64,000 bases of DNA from Cycas panzhihuaensis (GCA_023213395.1 CM041465.1:206653741-206717740), one strand, 5' to 3'. Shown: positions 24,177-39,900, counted from the stretch's first letter. The notes: generated by a model not told the origin, from the letters alone. Made by a program: numbers and translations.

Positions 24177-27100
24177 TGAAGGATTTATAAGAATCCGACG
24201 GAGTGATAAATGTAATAAAGGGTGAAACAAAAATCCAACATGATGGTGGTATTAATGTACACTAGGGTTGTTGGACCCCTTAAATTTATGGATAGGAGTT
24301 GAGCAGGAACCCAATGTCTATCACTGACTGGTATTTAGAAACACTATTATAATATCCACTCAAATGTTATGAGGTTGACTAAGTCAACTGCACCAAACCT
24401 TATGCCGTCATAGCTGATATATGTTGATATGAGCGTTAAAGGCATTATTCAACATTTCTCCTCCATAATACCCATTTTAGAAAACTCCAAGCTTATCTCT
24501 AAATTTGTTGAACTTTATTTTTCTAAGTGCCTTAGTGAATATATCTTCCACATATTCTTCTATGCTATAATAGGTTAATTTAATCTTGCCTTCTTAAACC
24601 AATTCTTTGATAAAGTGATATTAAGTTTTGATGTATTTTGTTCTACTATAAAACATTAGATTTTAACTCATTTGTATAGTGCTTTTATTGTCATAAAGCA
24701 TCTATATAGGACCATCCCATTTTTCTTGTAAATCCTAAAGTAATTTTCTTAGCTAAACTATTTGCTATCATTACTTTATATTGTGCTTCTGCAGTAGGCA
24801 AGGATACTGTGTTCTATTTATTTAAATTCCATGTTATTATTGTCGAACCCAAATTAACGATGTAACTTGAGGTACATTTCCTATCATCTATACATATTAC
24901 CTAGTCTAAGTCTATATAACCAATTAATCTGAAGTCTCTTAATGACTTGTAATGAAGTCTATAACTAATTGTACCCTTTAAGTACCTAATGATCATCTTT
25001 GTTACTTGCCAATATGTCATCTTAAGCTCATATATAAACCTAGAAACTATACTAACTATATATATGATGTCTAGCCAAGTTGAAGTTAAGTAAATCAAAC
25101 TTCAAATCAATTGTCTGTAGAGAGTAGGGTCAACTAATGTTGATTCTTCATACTTAGATAATTTTACCCTAACTTTGGCTAGTATAATAAGTGCCTTATA
25201 ATTACTCATGTTAAACTTACGTAATAAGTCTAAAGTGTACTTCCTTTGGGGAAACAAATATCCCATTTCCATATTACCAAACTTTCAAGCCTAAGAAGTA
25301 ATGCATAAGTTCCAAATCAGTTATTTTAAATTCCTTACATATGTATTCTTTAAATTTTTAGGATAAATAAGGATCATTCCCAGTATAAATAAACTCATCA
25401 ATATAAAAGCCCATAATAAGTATTGATCTTCACTCTATCTTGATATATGAGTTAGGCTCAAATTAACTCCTTTGGAATCCTTTATCTCTAAAATACTTAT
25501 CGATCCTAGATTATCAAGCTCTACGTATTTGTTTGAGTCTACATAAGGCTTTCTTTAGTTTATAAACCTTATGTTCTTCACCTTTTACTTTAAAACCATT
25601 GGGTTATTAGAGATATATTTCCTCTTCTATATACCCATTCAAGAAAGTACTCTTAACATTAATTTGTTGAATAGTACAACCCTATTGTATAGCTAAATCC
25701 ATAATTAGACAAACCATTTCAAGTCTTTTAATAGATGCAAAAGTCTCATTATAGTCTATGCCTTCAACTTGTGCATATCCTTTGGCAATTAACCTTGCCT
25801 TATACTTATCAATTATTTCATCTGATCTATATTTGGTCTTATAGACCCACTTGGTTCCAATAGTATTTTTACTTGGCGGTAAATATTATAAATCCCAAGT
25901 ATCTTTTAAATCCCAAGTACTCTTGCTTCATGGCTTCTCTTCATTCATCTTTTATATTAGCCTCTTCAAAGTTATGAAGCTTATTTGACTCCATTACTTG
26001 AGTCATCAAAGAAAAATTTACTCTTTGAGATTAAATGGTCCTTCTCTTAAAGTTATTATCTAAAATATTTAAAGGGTCATGCATCATTTGAACCTATTTA
26101 GGAACCTTTTGATTGAATGTAGAAGGTTCTACTTCGTTTTGACTTGGTATATTTATCGACTTAGGATTTGAATCTACTTTCACCATGACCTTTTTTCCTT
26201 TATACTTTTTAGCTTTTTCTTAATAGCATTCATCTTCCTTAAAGATGACATCCCTACTTATAATTATCTTCTTATCCTTTGGGTCATATGATTTATAGGA
26301 TCTAAAAGTATTATAATATTCTACAAAGATACACTAGATGTTTTTATCATCTAACTTAGTTCTTCTTTATTATAGAATACGGGCATGGGATAAGCATTTA
26401 AATTTTTTTAAGTGTTATATGCTTGGGTTATAACCTGACCAATTTTCCTCTAGTGTGATCCATCTAACAGCCTTGGTGGTACACATATTCAATAAGTGAA
26501 CTACTACATGTACAACTTTTAGCCAAAATTCATATGCAAGATGTTTATCTTTGAGCATAATTGTAGCTATTTCTATAATTATTCTATTCTTTCTTTCTAT
26601 AACTCTATTTTATTGTGGAGTATAAGGATTAGTGAAATTCTTCTTCATACCATAGTAGTTACAATATGCCTTATATTTGTTTAAAATAAATTCTCCCCCA
26701 TTATCTAATCTTAAGATAAGAATTTTAAGGCCACTTTATTTCTCAACCAAAGTTTAAAAGTTAATAAAACATTGAAAAGCATCTAATTTGAATTTGATAA
26801 AATAGGCCCAAGTCTTTCTAATGAAGTCATTAATAAAGGTGATGAAGTAATTAGATCTACCTAATGAAGGACCATATAGGATTACATAAACCAATTGAAG
26901 GGGCATATTAGCCCTATAAATTTCATTTGGAAATTTTTTCCTTTATTGCTTTCCAAGTATGCAACCTTCACAAATTTCTTTACTTGTTTCTATAGTGGGG
27001 TGTCCAATCACCATCTCCATTTGTTACATCAAGGCTAATTTGCTATAATTTACATGGCCAAATCTTTTATGCCATGTTTCACTATCAATATTAGTTGATG

Positions 27101-30100
27101 ATTTAAATTCATATGAATATGATAGAGGAATGACTAGTTTAAATAACCTATCACTAGTCATTTATCCCTTTGCTATAATTATTTTATTTCTTAACTTATC
27201 TTTGATTGTATATTCATCATTATTAAAGATAACCTTATATATTTTCTCCATCATCTTGTTAAGATATAATGTTTTATCTAGGACAGAAAAAAGGGGTCAT
27301 GTTAGACCAACCCTTAATTACTCTCATGAGATCATACCACTTGGCAACATCTGAGTGATTGGTTACATTAGTGGTTGTAACCAACTCTTGGCTCTTGTAT
27401 ACTTAAATGAATTGAATCTCAATAGTAAAGTATCTCATTCCTTTCTCTGTTTATTTCTGAATAGTGTTTGTTTCAACATGGTATCAGAGCAGGGTGCTCA
27501 AACTGACATCTCTTGAAGGGATTTCTTCTGTCTGTCAAATCTATCAAGTCTTTGAAGGAAGATTTGACAATCAACGTCATTAATTCTTCATCGTACGGAA
27601 TTGTATGCGGGCATGCGGACTGCATCGGATGACATTTTCAACGATGTCGATTGAGATGAAAATTTGCAGGGAGATAGATCGAAGCACACCGAACACATCT
27701 CTCTTCTGGAGTGAAGCGTTTTGAGGTCATTTTGAAGCCCAAAACAGCCCCTAACCGATCAAGACGTTTTGGAGAAACCAGAGCGTAAATCTCTTCGATT
27801 TTGAAAAAATCGGTATTTCTAGTCCGAAATCTTTCACATCAGAATACGATTGATTTGCATCCAGATTCAAAGATTTATTTTGAGATTTTCAAGTGTTTTC
27901 TCAAAAATGATTTCTTGCCCTAATGCTTTTTCCTTCTCGAGCCGATTTCTCTCATTTGAAAACGTTTTCAAAATCGACTTCGGATCCTTAAAGCGACACG
28001 AAAACCTCGTTTTGGGGTACTCTTCATTTTGGCCGTACACCTAGGGTTTTGTCTGAAATCCGTCTGCATTTGACTTGCCCTAAATCGATTTTTAATTCAA
28101 AAGTCATGTCTTCCTCCATCATTACTCGCCTCGAATCTGAAAACCGGCCGAGTTCAAATTATCATGTGTGGAAAATCAAAATGGAGACCATTCGATCATG
28201 AAAGACACACAGGAAATTGCAGAGGGAAAGGAAACCCGCCCTCCCGGTGATGACAAATTGAAGAGTTGGATTGAAAGAAATAATATGGGTAGTCTTACTC
28301 TAAAATGTCCATTTCGGATTCGTACTTGTCTATGTTGAAAAACCGAATCAAGCTTCCGAGATTTGGAAATGTTTAGAAAATCTATATGGTCAAAAGAATA
28401 AAGCAAGGATAATCACACTCAAAGAAGAGTACAAACTCCATATGAAAGAAAAGCGAAGCGGTGGAAGAATTTATGCATAAGATCATCAACGTGAGAAATA
28501 ATCTCTGAGTCTTTGGAGGAATGATATCTGAACAAGATCTTGTAGAAATAGTAATCGCGGATCGCCCAAATCTTTTGATACCATTGTTAACACTATCACC
28601 GATAGTGATAGGTTAGATAAATTAACTCTTGATGAATTAGCGGAATTGCTTTGTTAAGGCGAGGCGAGAAATAAAAGTACGAAAATACATCGAGTTAGAA
28701 GATGCTTTTACTTCCAGGTTAAGTCTCGGGTAAAGAGGAAGATAACAATTTCGTGCACCAAGCAGAATATCAGACTCCAGAGGTCGAGGGCCGGTCAAAT
28801 TCCAAAGGACAAGGACGGCAAAGAAAATAGAGTATGTTAACATTCTGGACAAACTGAGCACTCCGCCAACAACTGCAGAATGTACGACATATGTCGCTAT
28901 TGTGCAGACAGTGGACACTTTTCTTATCGTGTCCTCAAAGACGAAATGAAATCTACAAAGGAAAAGACCTATCGGCAGATCAAAGAAAGAGAAAAATGAA
29001 GAAGAAGAAGAAGAAGAAGAGGAGACTGCTTTCATCACGGATTAGTTACGGAATGAAAGACAAAGACATTTGGTACATAGATTCAAGAGCCTCTAAACAC
29101 ATGACGAGTCAGGAAAATTGGTTCCAAACCATAAGTCCATACAATATGGACAAGTCTGTGGAGCTGGGCGACAAGTATTCCCTTAACATCAAAGGATTGG
29201 AACCATTTCAAGAATCAATGGGAATGAAAGAAAAATTGGAAATGTTCTCTATGTACCAGACTTGAAGATGAATCTTCTTTCAGTTTCTCGGTGAGCAAAA
29301 GGGGTGAGAACCATTTTCGATGAAGAAGGAAATTGTCACATCTTGGATATGAAAAAGACGGAAAAAGCTGTTGGAAAAGGGATCGGATGCAATGATCTCT
29401 ACAAACTTGCATCTAATCCTGTACTTCCTTGTTTGGAAGAAAAGCTTATCGCTCTTAAATCTGATAATAAAGTTTGGCATTTAAGGTATGGACATCTCCC
29501 AATTGACACACTTAAACAAATGGAAAAGTCAGAAATGGTAAATGGTTTACCTAATATCACTTCAGATACATTTGTTTGTAAAGGTTGTCAACTCGGAAAA
29601 CAGCATAGGTTTCCCTTTAAAGAAAGCACTTGGAAATCTAAGTCTAAATTGAATCTGATACACACAGATATTTGTGGTCCTCTTTCACCATTGTCGATAA
29701 AAGATGCGAGATATTTCCGACCTTCATTGATGATTTCACTCGAAAAGTTTGGGTATATTTTTTACATAATAAGTCCAAGTCTTTGAAACATTTAAAGAAT
29801 TTAAAGGCGTGAAGTTGAGCTAGAATCGGGAATGAAAATCAAGTGTATCGGTCGAGACGGAGGGAGAATATATGTCGAGCGAGTTTCTAAATTCTTCGCA
29901 AATCTGAGAGGAATTCGTAGATAAGTAACAACTCCCTACACTCCTCACCAAATGGAGTAATGAAAGAAAGAATAGGACCTTGATGGAGATGGCTCAAGCA
30001 TGATGTATGGGACAAAGATATCTAAGACATCTTGGCAAGCGATCAAGACAAGATGCTACTTGATAAATAGAAGTCCAACCAGATCTTGAAGAACATTACT

Positions 30101-33100
30101 CCGGAGGAAGCTTAGGCAGTTTCAAACCCCATGTAAGTTTTCTTAAGGTTTTGGCGATCAAGCATTTGTGCATATTCACGACAAAGAGGTCCAAATTAGA
30201 TGCAAAAGCATAGAACGTGTTTTGATAGGATATAGTAAAAATTCAAAGGCATATAAGTGCATAGATCCTAGAACAAATAAAATCTATGTGAGTAGAGATG
30301 TCGATTTAATGAAGATACTTGAAGAATCCTCATAGATCAAAATAATAGAAAGTGAAAAGGAACAAGGAACAGTAGAACACAGAATAATGTAGGAAGACGA
30401 GGAAGAAGGTCAGTCAGGAATTACTTCAGAAAATCAAGAGGAAAACGAGCCAGAAGAAGGACAAGCTGACTCATCATCAACAACAGGTCAGGGAGACAAC
30501 CTCGAAAAGGAAGGGCCATCATCAATCGATCGTGAGATATTCCATGTAGCAAAAAAAACTGCCGAAATGGTATATCAAAACTATTGAAGAGGGAAATATA
30601 TTGGAACAAAAAACTCGAGGACAAAGGTCAAGAGCCCTCCTAAGCAAGGTTGAACCACAAAATTTTGATGAAGCGAAGGATCATCCGTAATGGAGAAGCA
30701 ATGGACAATGAAATAAATTCAATCAAGAAAAATCAAACGTGGGAATTAGTAGAACTACCGCTAATAAATCTATCAGAAGCGCAAATGGGTTTACAAAACA
30801 AAGAAAGGAGTTGATGGCCAAATTGAAAAGCACAAGGCAAGGCTAGTTGCAAAGGATATACTCAAACTATAGGTATAGATTATGATGAGACCTTTTCTCC
30901 AGTAGCAAAGATGAACACAAGAAGGCGATGAATTGCCTTAGGCTTGCCCAAGGTTGGGGAATCTCTCGGATGGACGTAAAAGTGCCTTTTTGAATGGTGA
31001 ACTGGAAGAAGAGGTTTACATGCAACAACCAGATGGATATGCAGAACAGGGAAGAGAAAATCTAGTCGCAAATTGAAAAAGGCCTTGTATGGTCTAAAAG
31101 CAAAGCTGCGTGCACAGTATGCAAAACTAGATCACTTTCTTGCGTAAAATAAGTTCATTCGGTGTAATTGATTCCAGGTTTGTACATAAGGAAAACAAAC
31201 AACAAGGTAACCATAATTGTTGTTTATGTGGATGATATCTTCATGGGAATGATGTAGAAGGAATCAAGTGGATCAAAAGTCAACTTGACAAAAGTTGAAA
31301 TAGCGGATCTAGGTTCACTTAATTATTACTTGGGACTAGAAATAGGTCAACACCAAAATTATGTAACCTTGTCCCAAAGTAACTACATCAAAAATCTACT
31401 TGTTCGATTTCAGATGGAAAACTGCAATCCATGCACCACCCCCATGGAGACAAATTGCGATCTAACAGTAGACAGTATGGAAAAAGATGCCGATGCTACT
31501 CTATACAGACAAATGATTGGAAGTCTGATCTATCTAACAGCCACCAGACCCGACATATCCTATTCAGTAGGACTAATCTCAAGGTATATGCAGAATCCAA
31601 AGTTGAGACACTGGCAGGCAGCAAAAAGAATTCTGAGATATCTCAAAGGAACAACAGATCTCAAGCTAGTCTATTCAAAGGGGCATCCAATCAAAATCAC
31701 GGGATCGTGATTCGATCAAGCGGCGACAAGAACAAAAAAAATCCACAAGTGGATTTTATTTTCTCTCGGGAAATTCAGCAATCTCATGGTACAAAAAACA
31801 AGCCACGGTGGCTCTCTCCTCTCTGAAGCGAGAATATAAGCGACCACATCAAGAACTCCGTGAAGCCATCTCGGTTAAGATAACTCTTGCTTGATTTAAA
31901 TCAACAACAGATGTAAGCAACTTCTCCGAAGTGTGATAATCAAAGTGCCATCAAGGTGACCAAAAATCCAATTCGCATGCAAGAACAAAACATATTGAAG
32001 TTAATCATCATTTTATAAGAAAAAGTATAGAATAAAGGAATAGACTTGGAATCTTGTCCGACATCGAACAAGTTGCGGACCTTCGACAAAACCTCTTGGG
32101 AGGAAAGACTCGAGATATTTGAGAGACAGATTGGACTTTTAGAGATAAAACATTAAGAGGGGTGTTAAGATATAATGTTTTATCTAGGATGTAAAAGGGG
32201 TCATGTTAGACCAACCCTTAATTACTCTCATGAGATCATACCACTTGGCAACATCTGAGTGATTGGTTACATTAGTGGTTGTAACCAACTCTTGGCTCTT
32301 GTATACTTAAATGAATTGAATCTCAATAGTAAAGTATCTCATTCCTTTCTCTGTTTATTTCTGAATAGTGTTTGTTTCAACACATCTAACCCATTGAGAG
32401 AAGGCTTTTCTTTATAAAATTAAACTTGGTCTTATTAAACATTGCATATGACCTATCCTAGAAACTATTAGGCTGCTAAATTATACATATTACTTAATAG
32501 CTCAGATGTGGGGCCTATATGATAATAATTAGACTTTTAAACTTTATGAAATGTAACTTGATTATTTAATCATTAATGAAATTACTGAAGAGGCTCTGTG
32601 TATTCAACATGTATGCTATGCTATTGTTAACAAGGATAAAAAAGATAAATGGAGTCAAATAAAGGTCTATTTTTATATAAAATAGCTATAGAAGTAAACC
32701 AAAAACATAGACATGGAATGGATAAGATTGTAAACTAAATGAGTAAGGGCACAAATATAGAATAATCTATATAGAATCTATTTATGATAGATCAAAATGA
32801 AAAAATATTATTACTAATATTTATTATCTATACGACAAAATAAGGACTGCATGAATAATACAAATAAAATAAAAAGGGCCATGAATGATAAATATTACTA
32901 TTATTAAACTTTAGAACCTTAGAGAATTATTAAAAAATATGTAGAATTGACAACAACTATACATTAGACAAGGAATGTGCAATGAGGTTATTTCAACCAT
33001 ATGTAATTGTACAAAGATGTAACCAATCGTACATAATTGTACATAGAGAAGAGGCATAGATATTAGGGAAACGCAGCTAGAGGAAGACTCAAATGAGATA

Positions 33101-33918
33101 TATAGATGGTAAATTATAGAGTACATGTAGTATAGGCTTTAAGACTTTAGGATTTTAGTGATAAACATAGCAATTAAAGGCTTTTCATAAATAAACATTA
33201 TTTTTACAAGAGGAGAGAGGTAAATAAGGTAATATCAATGGGATATAATCTCAAATCAGCCGTAAGAGCACAAAGGAAGGCTTTGGTTGGATTTTAATGC
33301 TAAAAAATATAGGCTTTGTAGCTTTCTAAATCTTTATTAGATGAATGGTACCTCACAAACTAGCTTTTTAAAGTAGATCTTAGTGCATATAAAATAATGG
33401 ACTTATGTATACAAAATATTAAATAAGAACTATAACAAAAACTATAGTACTAAATATTAATGATATGAAAAGTGCACATATATCAAATAACTTGAATGGC
33501 GATCAATCTTCTTACAAATCCTTTTTCTCTTTAGTGTGTCTCGTCTCGAGAGCTTCTCTAAACCTTGGCACTTCAAATGAATTCTCTTATAATAAGACAA
33601 TACTCCAACATACTTCTAACGATCACTCTAATACCAAATAAAGGATTTATGGGAGTCATAGGGAGTGACAAATGCAATAAAGGGAAAAATAAAAATCCAA
33701 TATGATGGTCGTATTTATAAACACCAAGGTCTTTAGACCCCTTAAATTTATAGATGAGAATTGAGCAAGAACCCAATATCTACCACTAACTGGTACTTAG
33801 AAATACCATTATAATATCCACTCGAATACTGATGAGGTTAGTTAAATTGGCTGCACCAAATCCTATGCCATCATAACTGACATATACTGATATGAATCCT
33901 AATGAGAATTATCTAATA
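24177..33918 (-). mobile_element. Copia element (LTRs 24177-24454 and 33639-33918), decayed full gag-pol, interrupted by the young Copia
   Basis: LTR pair tgaaggattt..attcaaca / taaaggattt..atctaata. PBS tggtattagag on the minus strand at ~33626-33636 and PPT ggaggagaaa next to 24455. RT LIYLTSTWLDIIYIVSIVSRF (ORF 24901-25098). The host Copia frame is rejoined across it; TSD degenerate (aatat/cttat). Confidence 0.9.
27257..32382 (+). mobile_element. Young full-length Copia element (LTRs 27257-27478 and 32163-32382); gag-PR-INT-RT-RH ~28106-32150, frameshifted as assembled
   Basis: TG..CA termini, perfect TSD catct (27252-27256 / 32383-32387), perfect PBS tggtatcagagc at 27479, PPT aagagggg. 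The LTRs differ only in one short patch (ggacagaaaaaagggg vs ggatgtaaaagggg). Motifs WYIDS, WHLRYGH, CQLGKQHR, HTDICGP, YVDD, YRQMIGSLIYL. Confidence 0.97.
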
Positions 33919-36900
33919 CTTATAATAGGACATGAAGATAGTAGTTTATACAAACTTGATGGGTTCCTCTTTTTGCTATTCCATCACAAGAATCCTATTC
34001 CATAGCAAATAGTAATCACCTTGATAAGGGGGAAGCTATTATGGTTTAAGATCCACCCCTTGACCAAGATCAAGATGAATGCATATATTTTGAAGAAAAA
34101 ATCACCTCTAATAGTACTAAGGACCAACTATGGCATTAATGCCTTAGTCACTCGAACATTCAAAGCCTAAATCTCATGTCTAGGCTATATATAATCCATA
34201 TACTTCTAATCATTAAGAGAAATATATGCATTTGTGAGGCTTGCTTAATGGGAAAATAACATAGAGAATGATTCCCATTAAAGAAAGCATGGAGAGCCTT
34301 AGAACCATTGGGATTGGTCCACTCAAATATTTATGAGACCATGTTAGTTCTTTCTCCCAATGGAAATCTATTTTTCATGACATTTATAGATGACTATTCT
34401 AGGAAGGTATGTGACTACTTCCTCAAGACTGAGTTCTAATACTTTAATAAGTTTAAAGAATTCAAGGTTGAAGTAGAAAATAAAAATGACATGTATACCA
34501 AGATCCTAAGATTTAATAATGGTGCAATTCACTAAAATTTGTAAATAATATAACATCAAATACTAGTTCTCAGCTCCTTGTACACCTCAATAAAATGGTA
34601 TAGCAAAAATGATAAATCAAACATTGGTAAATAAAGCAAAATCCATGTTGAGTGTTATAAATCTTGGTACTAAGTTTTGGGTTAAAGACATATTAACTAC
34701 TACTTATTTGACTAACAAAAAGACCATAGTAGCAGTCAGAGATATCACCCTAAGGAGACTTGGTTGGGTATCAAACCAATAGTTTCTCATCTAAGGATAT
34801 TTAGATATACAACCTATAAATTCATCCCTAAGGATAAAAGGAAGAAATTAGATGATAAAAGCCTCAAGTGTATTTTCCTTGGTTATGTGCCTAGATGTAA
34901 ATCTTATAAAATTTATAACACTATTGGAAACCAAGTCTACACTACTTGGGATATAATATTTACTAAAAATACTTAGGACCTAGATCCCTCATAAATTTAG
35001 TTTATGGTAGAAAATAATATTAGTGTACCTAAAGTGCCTCTTGTACTAATTCTAGAACTACAAGCATCCACACACTCCTATACACCAAGTTCATCTTTAG
35101 CTCCAACAATCTCAACATCCACATCAGATGCTAGCACATCAGTGCCACCTCTATCAACTAATGATCTTCAGGTGAAGCCCACCAATTTTTAACTACCTCC
35201 TAAATGGGTTTCATAATTATTAAAGGATGCTCCTCCTCCTCCATTAAGTCCTAAAAGAGAGACCAAAATGAGACACTCCACCAACTTTGCCTTAATGGCA
35301 TGTGTCCTTAAGACCTTTAAGCTATCCATATTTGAGGAGGTAGTAAAAGACCAAATGTGAAAAGCCACAATGGATGGAGAGATGAATTCTATCCTTAAGA
35401 ATGATACATGAGAGCTAATATAACTATCACTTGGTAAGAAGCTAATTGACTATCAATGGATTTACAAGACTAAATTCCATATAGATGACACCATCGAGCA
35501 TCATAAAGCTCATCTTATTACAAGAGTTTTTAAATAGTAAGAAAGTATTAACTATGATGAGACCTTTACACTAATAGCCAACATGACAACATTCTATTTG
35601 GTCATGTCTCTTATGGTCCAATTCAACTGGACCATGTACTAAATGGATGTGAATAGTACTTTCCTAAATGGAGAGCTCTTGAAAGAGGTTTTTTAAAAAT
35701 AACCTTCCAATAATGTTATTCTTGGTAAAGAACACTTAGTTTGTATGTACCATGTGCCTAGTATGTAAATATTGATATCCTTTTCATAAAGCATGGATTC
35801 ACTTATTCACCCTTATATTTAGACCTATACATTCAAATTAGAGGAAACTTGATCATAATCATTGTGCTCTATGTGGATGACTTGGTAATCATGAGTGATG
35901 ATAGTGAAGTTATATCTTGGTTATAATCAAAACTCAAAAGTAGCTTTGAGATGACAGATCTTGGGTTGTTTTACTATTTTTTTAGTATTGAAGTGTGATA
36001 TAAATTAGGAGACATATTCCTATCATAATTCAAATACTCCAATGAATTCATGCATCAATTTAAAATGACTAACTATAAGCCTATACTAACTTTAATAGAA
36101 ATAAGAACCAAGCTTCACCTGGATGAATTAGAAAAGGCCTTTGATCCTAGATTATACCAATCGTTAGTTAGAAGCCTTATCTACCTTACTCACACTCATT
36201 TGGACATCTGTTATGTAGTTGGCATCATTTCACCAAAACCTACCCTCTTAGTTGTATTTAGATCATGTTGGTAAACTGGTGCTTGTTACATGGTTTTATT
36301 GATAGTAGTTGATGTATGTTGATTGTATTTTGATGGATTGGGCCTTGTTTTATTAAAATAATACATGATTATTGATTGATGAAATGTAATAAATGATGTT
36401 ATTGGTTTGTATTCCTATCATTTCCACCGACGATGTAAACTATAGTGACATTTTCTTTATGACTAGCTTGACTTTATACTTCTTTCAAACTTAGTTGTTT
36501 TTATCTTGTTTTCAAGATTTCACCTATGTTTTTCTTATTCTTTGCTTTTTAGGCTTGTGATTAATTCATTTCACTTCATTATGGGCTTGTTTACTCCTTG
36601 ACAAACTCATTTTTGTGATTAGAAACTCATTAAATATCATTTTTTATCAATTTTTGGTTAAATTTCCACTTTACTGAAATCACGTATTTTACCTTGTGAA
36701 AAATGCAACCGATCATATTTTTAGAATAAAACAATGTTTTTGGGGCAGTTGAAAAATAGGGCTAATCATGTTTTTAGAGTAAAATCACATTTTTGATAGG
36801 TGAAAAAAGTGACTAATTGTATTTTTCACTATCATACAACATAAAATTAGGCCATCATGCTAAAATCTTGCATGCTGCCACCCATATTTAGTGGAATTCA

Positions 36901-39900
36901 ATTTTCTTAATGCCTAGAAGTCTTATAAAGGGATTGCTGATCATAGTTTTTGATATAGAGAGATATGGAAGTGAATAAAGTTGATAATTAGAGAGGAAGA
37001 GGTGATTCTTACTCTTTGATTAAGAGATTTTTTGAACTTCTTGGAGAATCCTTAAGGACCATTCTTGTGTTTTTTAGAGACTTAATTTCCCAATGATTAT
37101 TGGGTGAAATCTTGAAGAAGTTTTGCTGTTGTGCTACTACTAATCAATTGTTGATGGTCTAAGCTTTCATCTCTTTAGATCTTCATCAAATTTTGCTTCA
37201 AACTTCTTTAGATTTGGTAAGATCTTTCCTATTAGATTTTAAGCTTGTTTCATGTTGTCTTTAAGGTAATTTTAGCTCAGAATTATTTCTTTTCATTAGT
37301 TGATTATTGTTAGATTATTGTTTGGATTTTTTGAATTAAAATATATGTTGAAAGGTCTTCCCTTTATGGGGTTCCTTAAGGATAGATTAGGGTGGGGTAT
37401 GGTCATCTCTTTACCATACATCTAGCTACTCCTTCCTACTCTCTCACAACAACCTATATTTCAATTAGATTGCCACTCTTGTTTGGCATTGTTTGGCCCT
37501 TATTTAGCCTCTTTAGATTGTTGTTGCTTCCTTCTTTACTCTTGTTTTGAAGGAAAGTGTGTGGAAAAAGTTAGTCAAGTGAAAAGAAAATGACCATTAT
37601 GAGGCACTCTTTACCATAGGAAATGAATATTTATTTTACATCTATCATTGAATGCACTTTTATTTTCAAGTTAGCTCTTGTGTCTTGAAAATCAAAAGTT
37701 AATGGTGTTGTTTAGTTAGATTTACTAATTTTCAACTTTTATATGGAGTTCAAGGATTTTTTTTAGAGCTCTCACTACTCCAACCATGATAGAACCTTTG
37801 GTTGATCTTACATGCATAATTATTATTTAGATTTATGACTTATTCATCATCTTATAGGTCTAAAAATCATCATAAAATAGCGGTAGTTTCCTTTAAGATT
37901 CTATCTTTTTATGTATTATTTCATCATTTTAAAAAAGAATTAGTTGCATGCATCAAAGTTGGGAGCATACTAGCTAATCTTGCATGTAGATTAATCTCCT
38001 TTTAAAAAGAAATTTGCATAAAGATTATGTGGTTATTTCATATTTTGAATAGTATCATCTCTTTTAGAAGCAAAGTGTGCATGTAGGAAAGCTACTTCAT
38101 ACTTGCATGTGCATCTTTTATTTTGAAAAAAAAGAAGGAAAAAAGAACTTGCATGCATAGTTTTTAGTGTGTTTATTTGTGATTTCATTATAAAAATAAA
38201 AAAATAAAAAAATAAAAGATTGATGTGAGTTTGATATTATGGTTTCTTTGATTATATTGCCTCACTCTCTTGATTTGGTATCTTTGCAACAATATTAAAA
38301 TCTAGAAACCTAAACAAGACAAACTATTGTTTCCATTAGCTCACCCTCTCTTATGTCTTAGTAGAATTAAAAACGTTGAACCAATTACACAAGAGGAGTC
38401 CCTAGGAAGTATATTAAAGATATTGTAAGTACAACTCTAAACTTAGAACTTCTAAATCAATTTGTGTAGGGTAGTGGATTCTATCACCCCCGTTTCACAT
38501 CCAATCCTTTTGTCGTACCCACTCTCACTAAGGTAGATGACACTACTAGCCAAAGACTTCTTATTAGGAGTTGGGCAAAGATGGTCCTTTAGGTCTCTTT
38601 TCAGCTTCATGTTAGATATTCCCCAAGCCCCTAAACCATCTTTCTCGTAGCCTTGTTGAGGGTCTAACCCAAGACACCCCTAGAACACCATCATTTGAAT
38701 AGGGACAGACCTTGAACCTCCATCTTTCTAATGACCATACTTTATCTTCAAGTAAAGTTATGGAAATAACAACACTTAAACCTAGGCACTCGTTGAGGCT
38801 TTAAGGCCTTTTTCCTGATCCTTAAATGTGCCCGTCACACTTTGGTCAAGACGTTTTATCATCATACGTTGAATTCCTAGAGTTTCAAGCACATGACACA
38901 TATGCTTATCCTCCTAAAGATTCAACTTAACTATATAACATACCAGTGGAGTAGGGATATCTTGATCCTTTGTAGTATCTTGGTGATCCTTTGTGGACCC
39001 TACTCTCCCACAGGAAGAACCACCTTATACTCGATTGCATCCATCTTTTCCTAATCTAATTCTTACTAGAATCCCTACCCCACTACGCATGCCTGGTTAT
39101 CATGATCCATTTCATCTAGAGACTCATACCATGTCATCTTTACTACAACATGTCTAGACTAATCCCTTAGGTGAAGACTATGAGTTTGATTGAGGTAGAC
39201 CCTACACCTGAAACTATGCAATCCCCTCATCCCTCTCATCCTCCTTCACCAAGACTTGCTTCATGACCTCATTCTCTACTTATGGAGGAAGTTGATGATT
39301 ATAAATCAACTCATTCACAACCTCATCAACCTTCTCCTATGCAGAAGATTCAGGTTTATTCTTCCAATTCTATACCTCTCACTCATGGAGGTAAATTACC
39401 ATAGTGGCTTATGGCATTCCTAGCTCTATCCACATACCCACTTATAGTCAAGTAGTTATGGCTTCACCTAGTTTTTAACCCATTCAATCTTATTCTACTA
39501 GGGTTACCTCATCATATCATGTTTTATCTACTACTTAGATACCCTTTCATATGTTAGATACCATTGGATCTCATGGTGCTAGGCCTTGCCTACCATCATG
39601 TAGAGTATCTAATGTGATTTCCTCATTGCAACATGTTTCTTATACTCAAATACCATATTCACATACTTCAATAGGGTAATCACAACTTTTGGGGACTTTT
39701 AGGCCCATATATTCTTTGTATATTCCTAGGCTTAGCCCTTAAGATAATCCTTTCTATACCTTTAATTCAAGTTTCCTACAAAACCTTATACCTTAAACTA
39801 ATTATGTGGTTAATCCCATAGCATGGTTTATTCCTCCTTCTACTCTTCCACTTTAGGATGTTTCACAATAACAACCATAATCACAATAACCTATGCATTC

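Noticed and set aside
28637-29038. 133-aa minus-strand ORF with poly-Ser
   Set aside because: It is the antisense reading of a gaa repeat within Copia gag.
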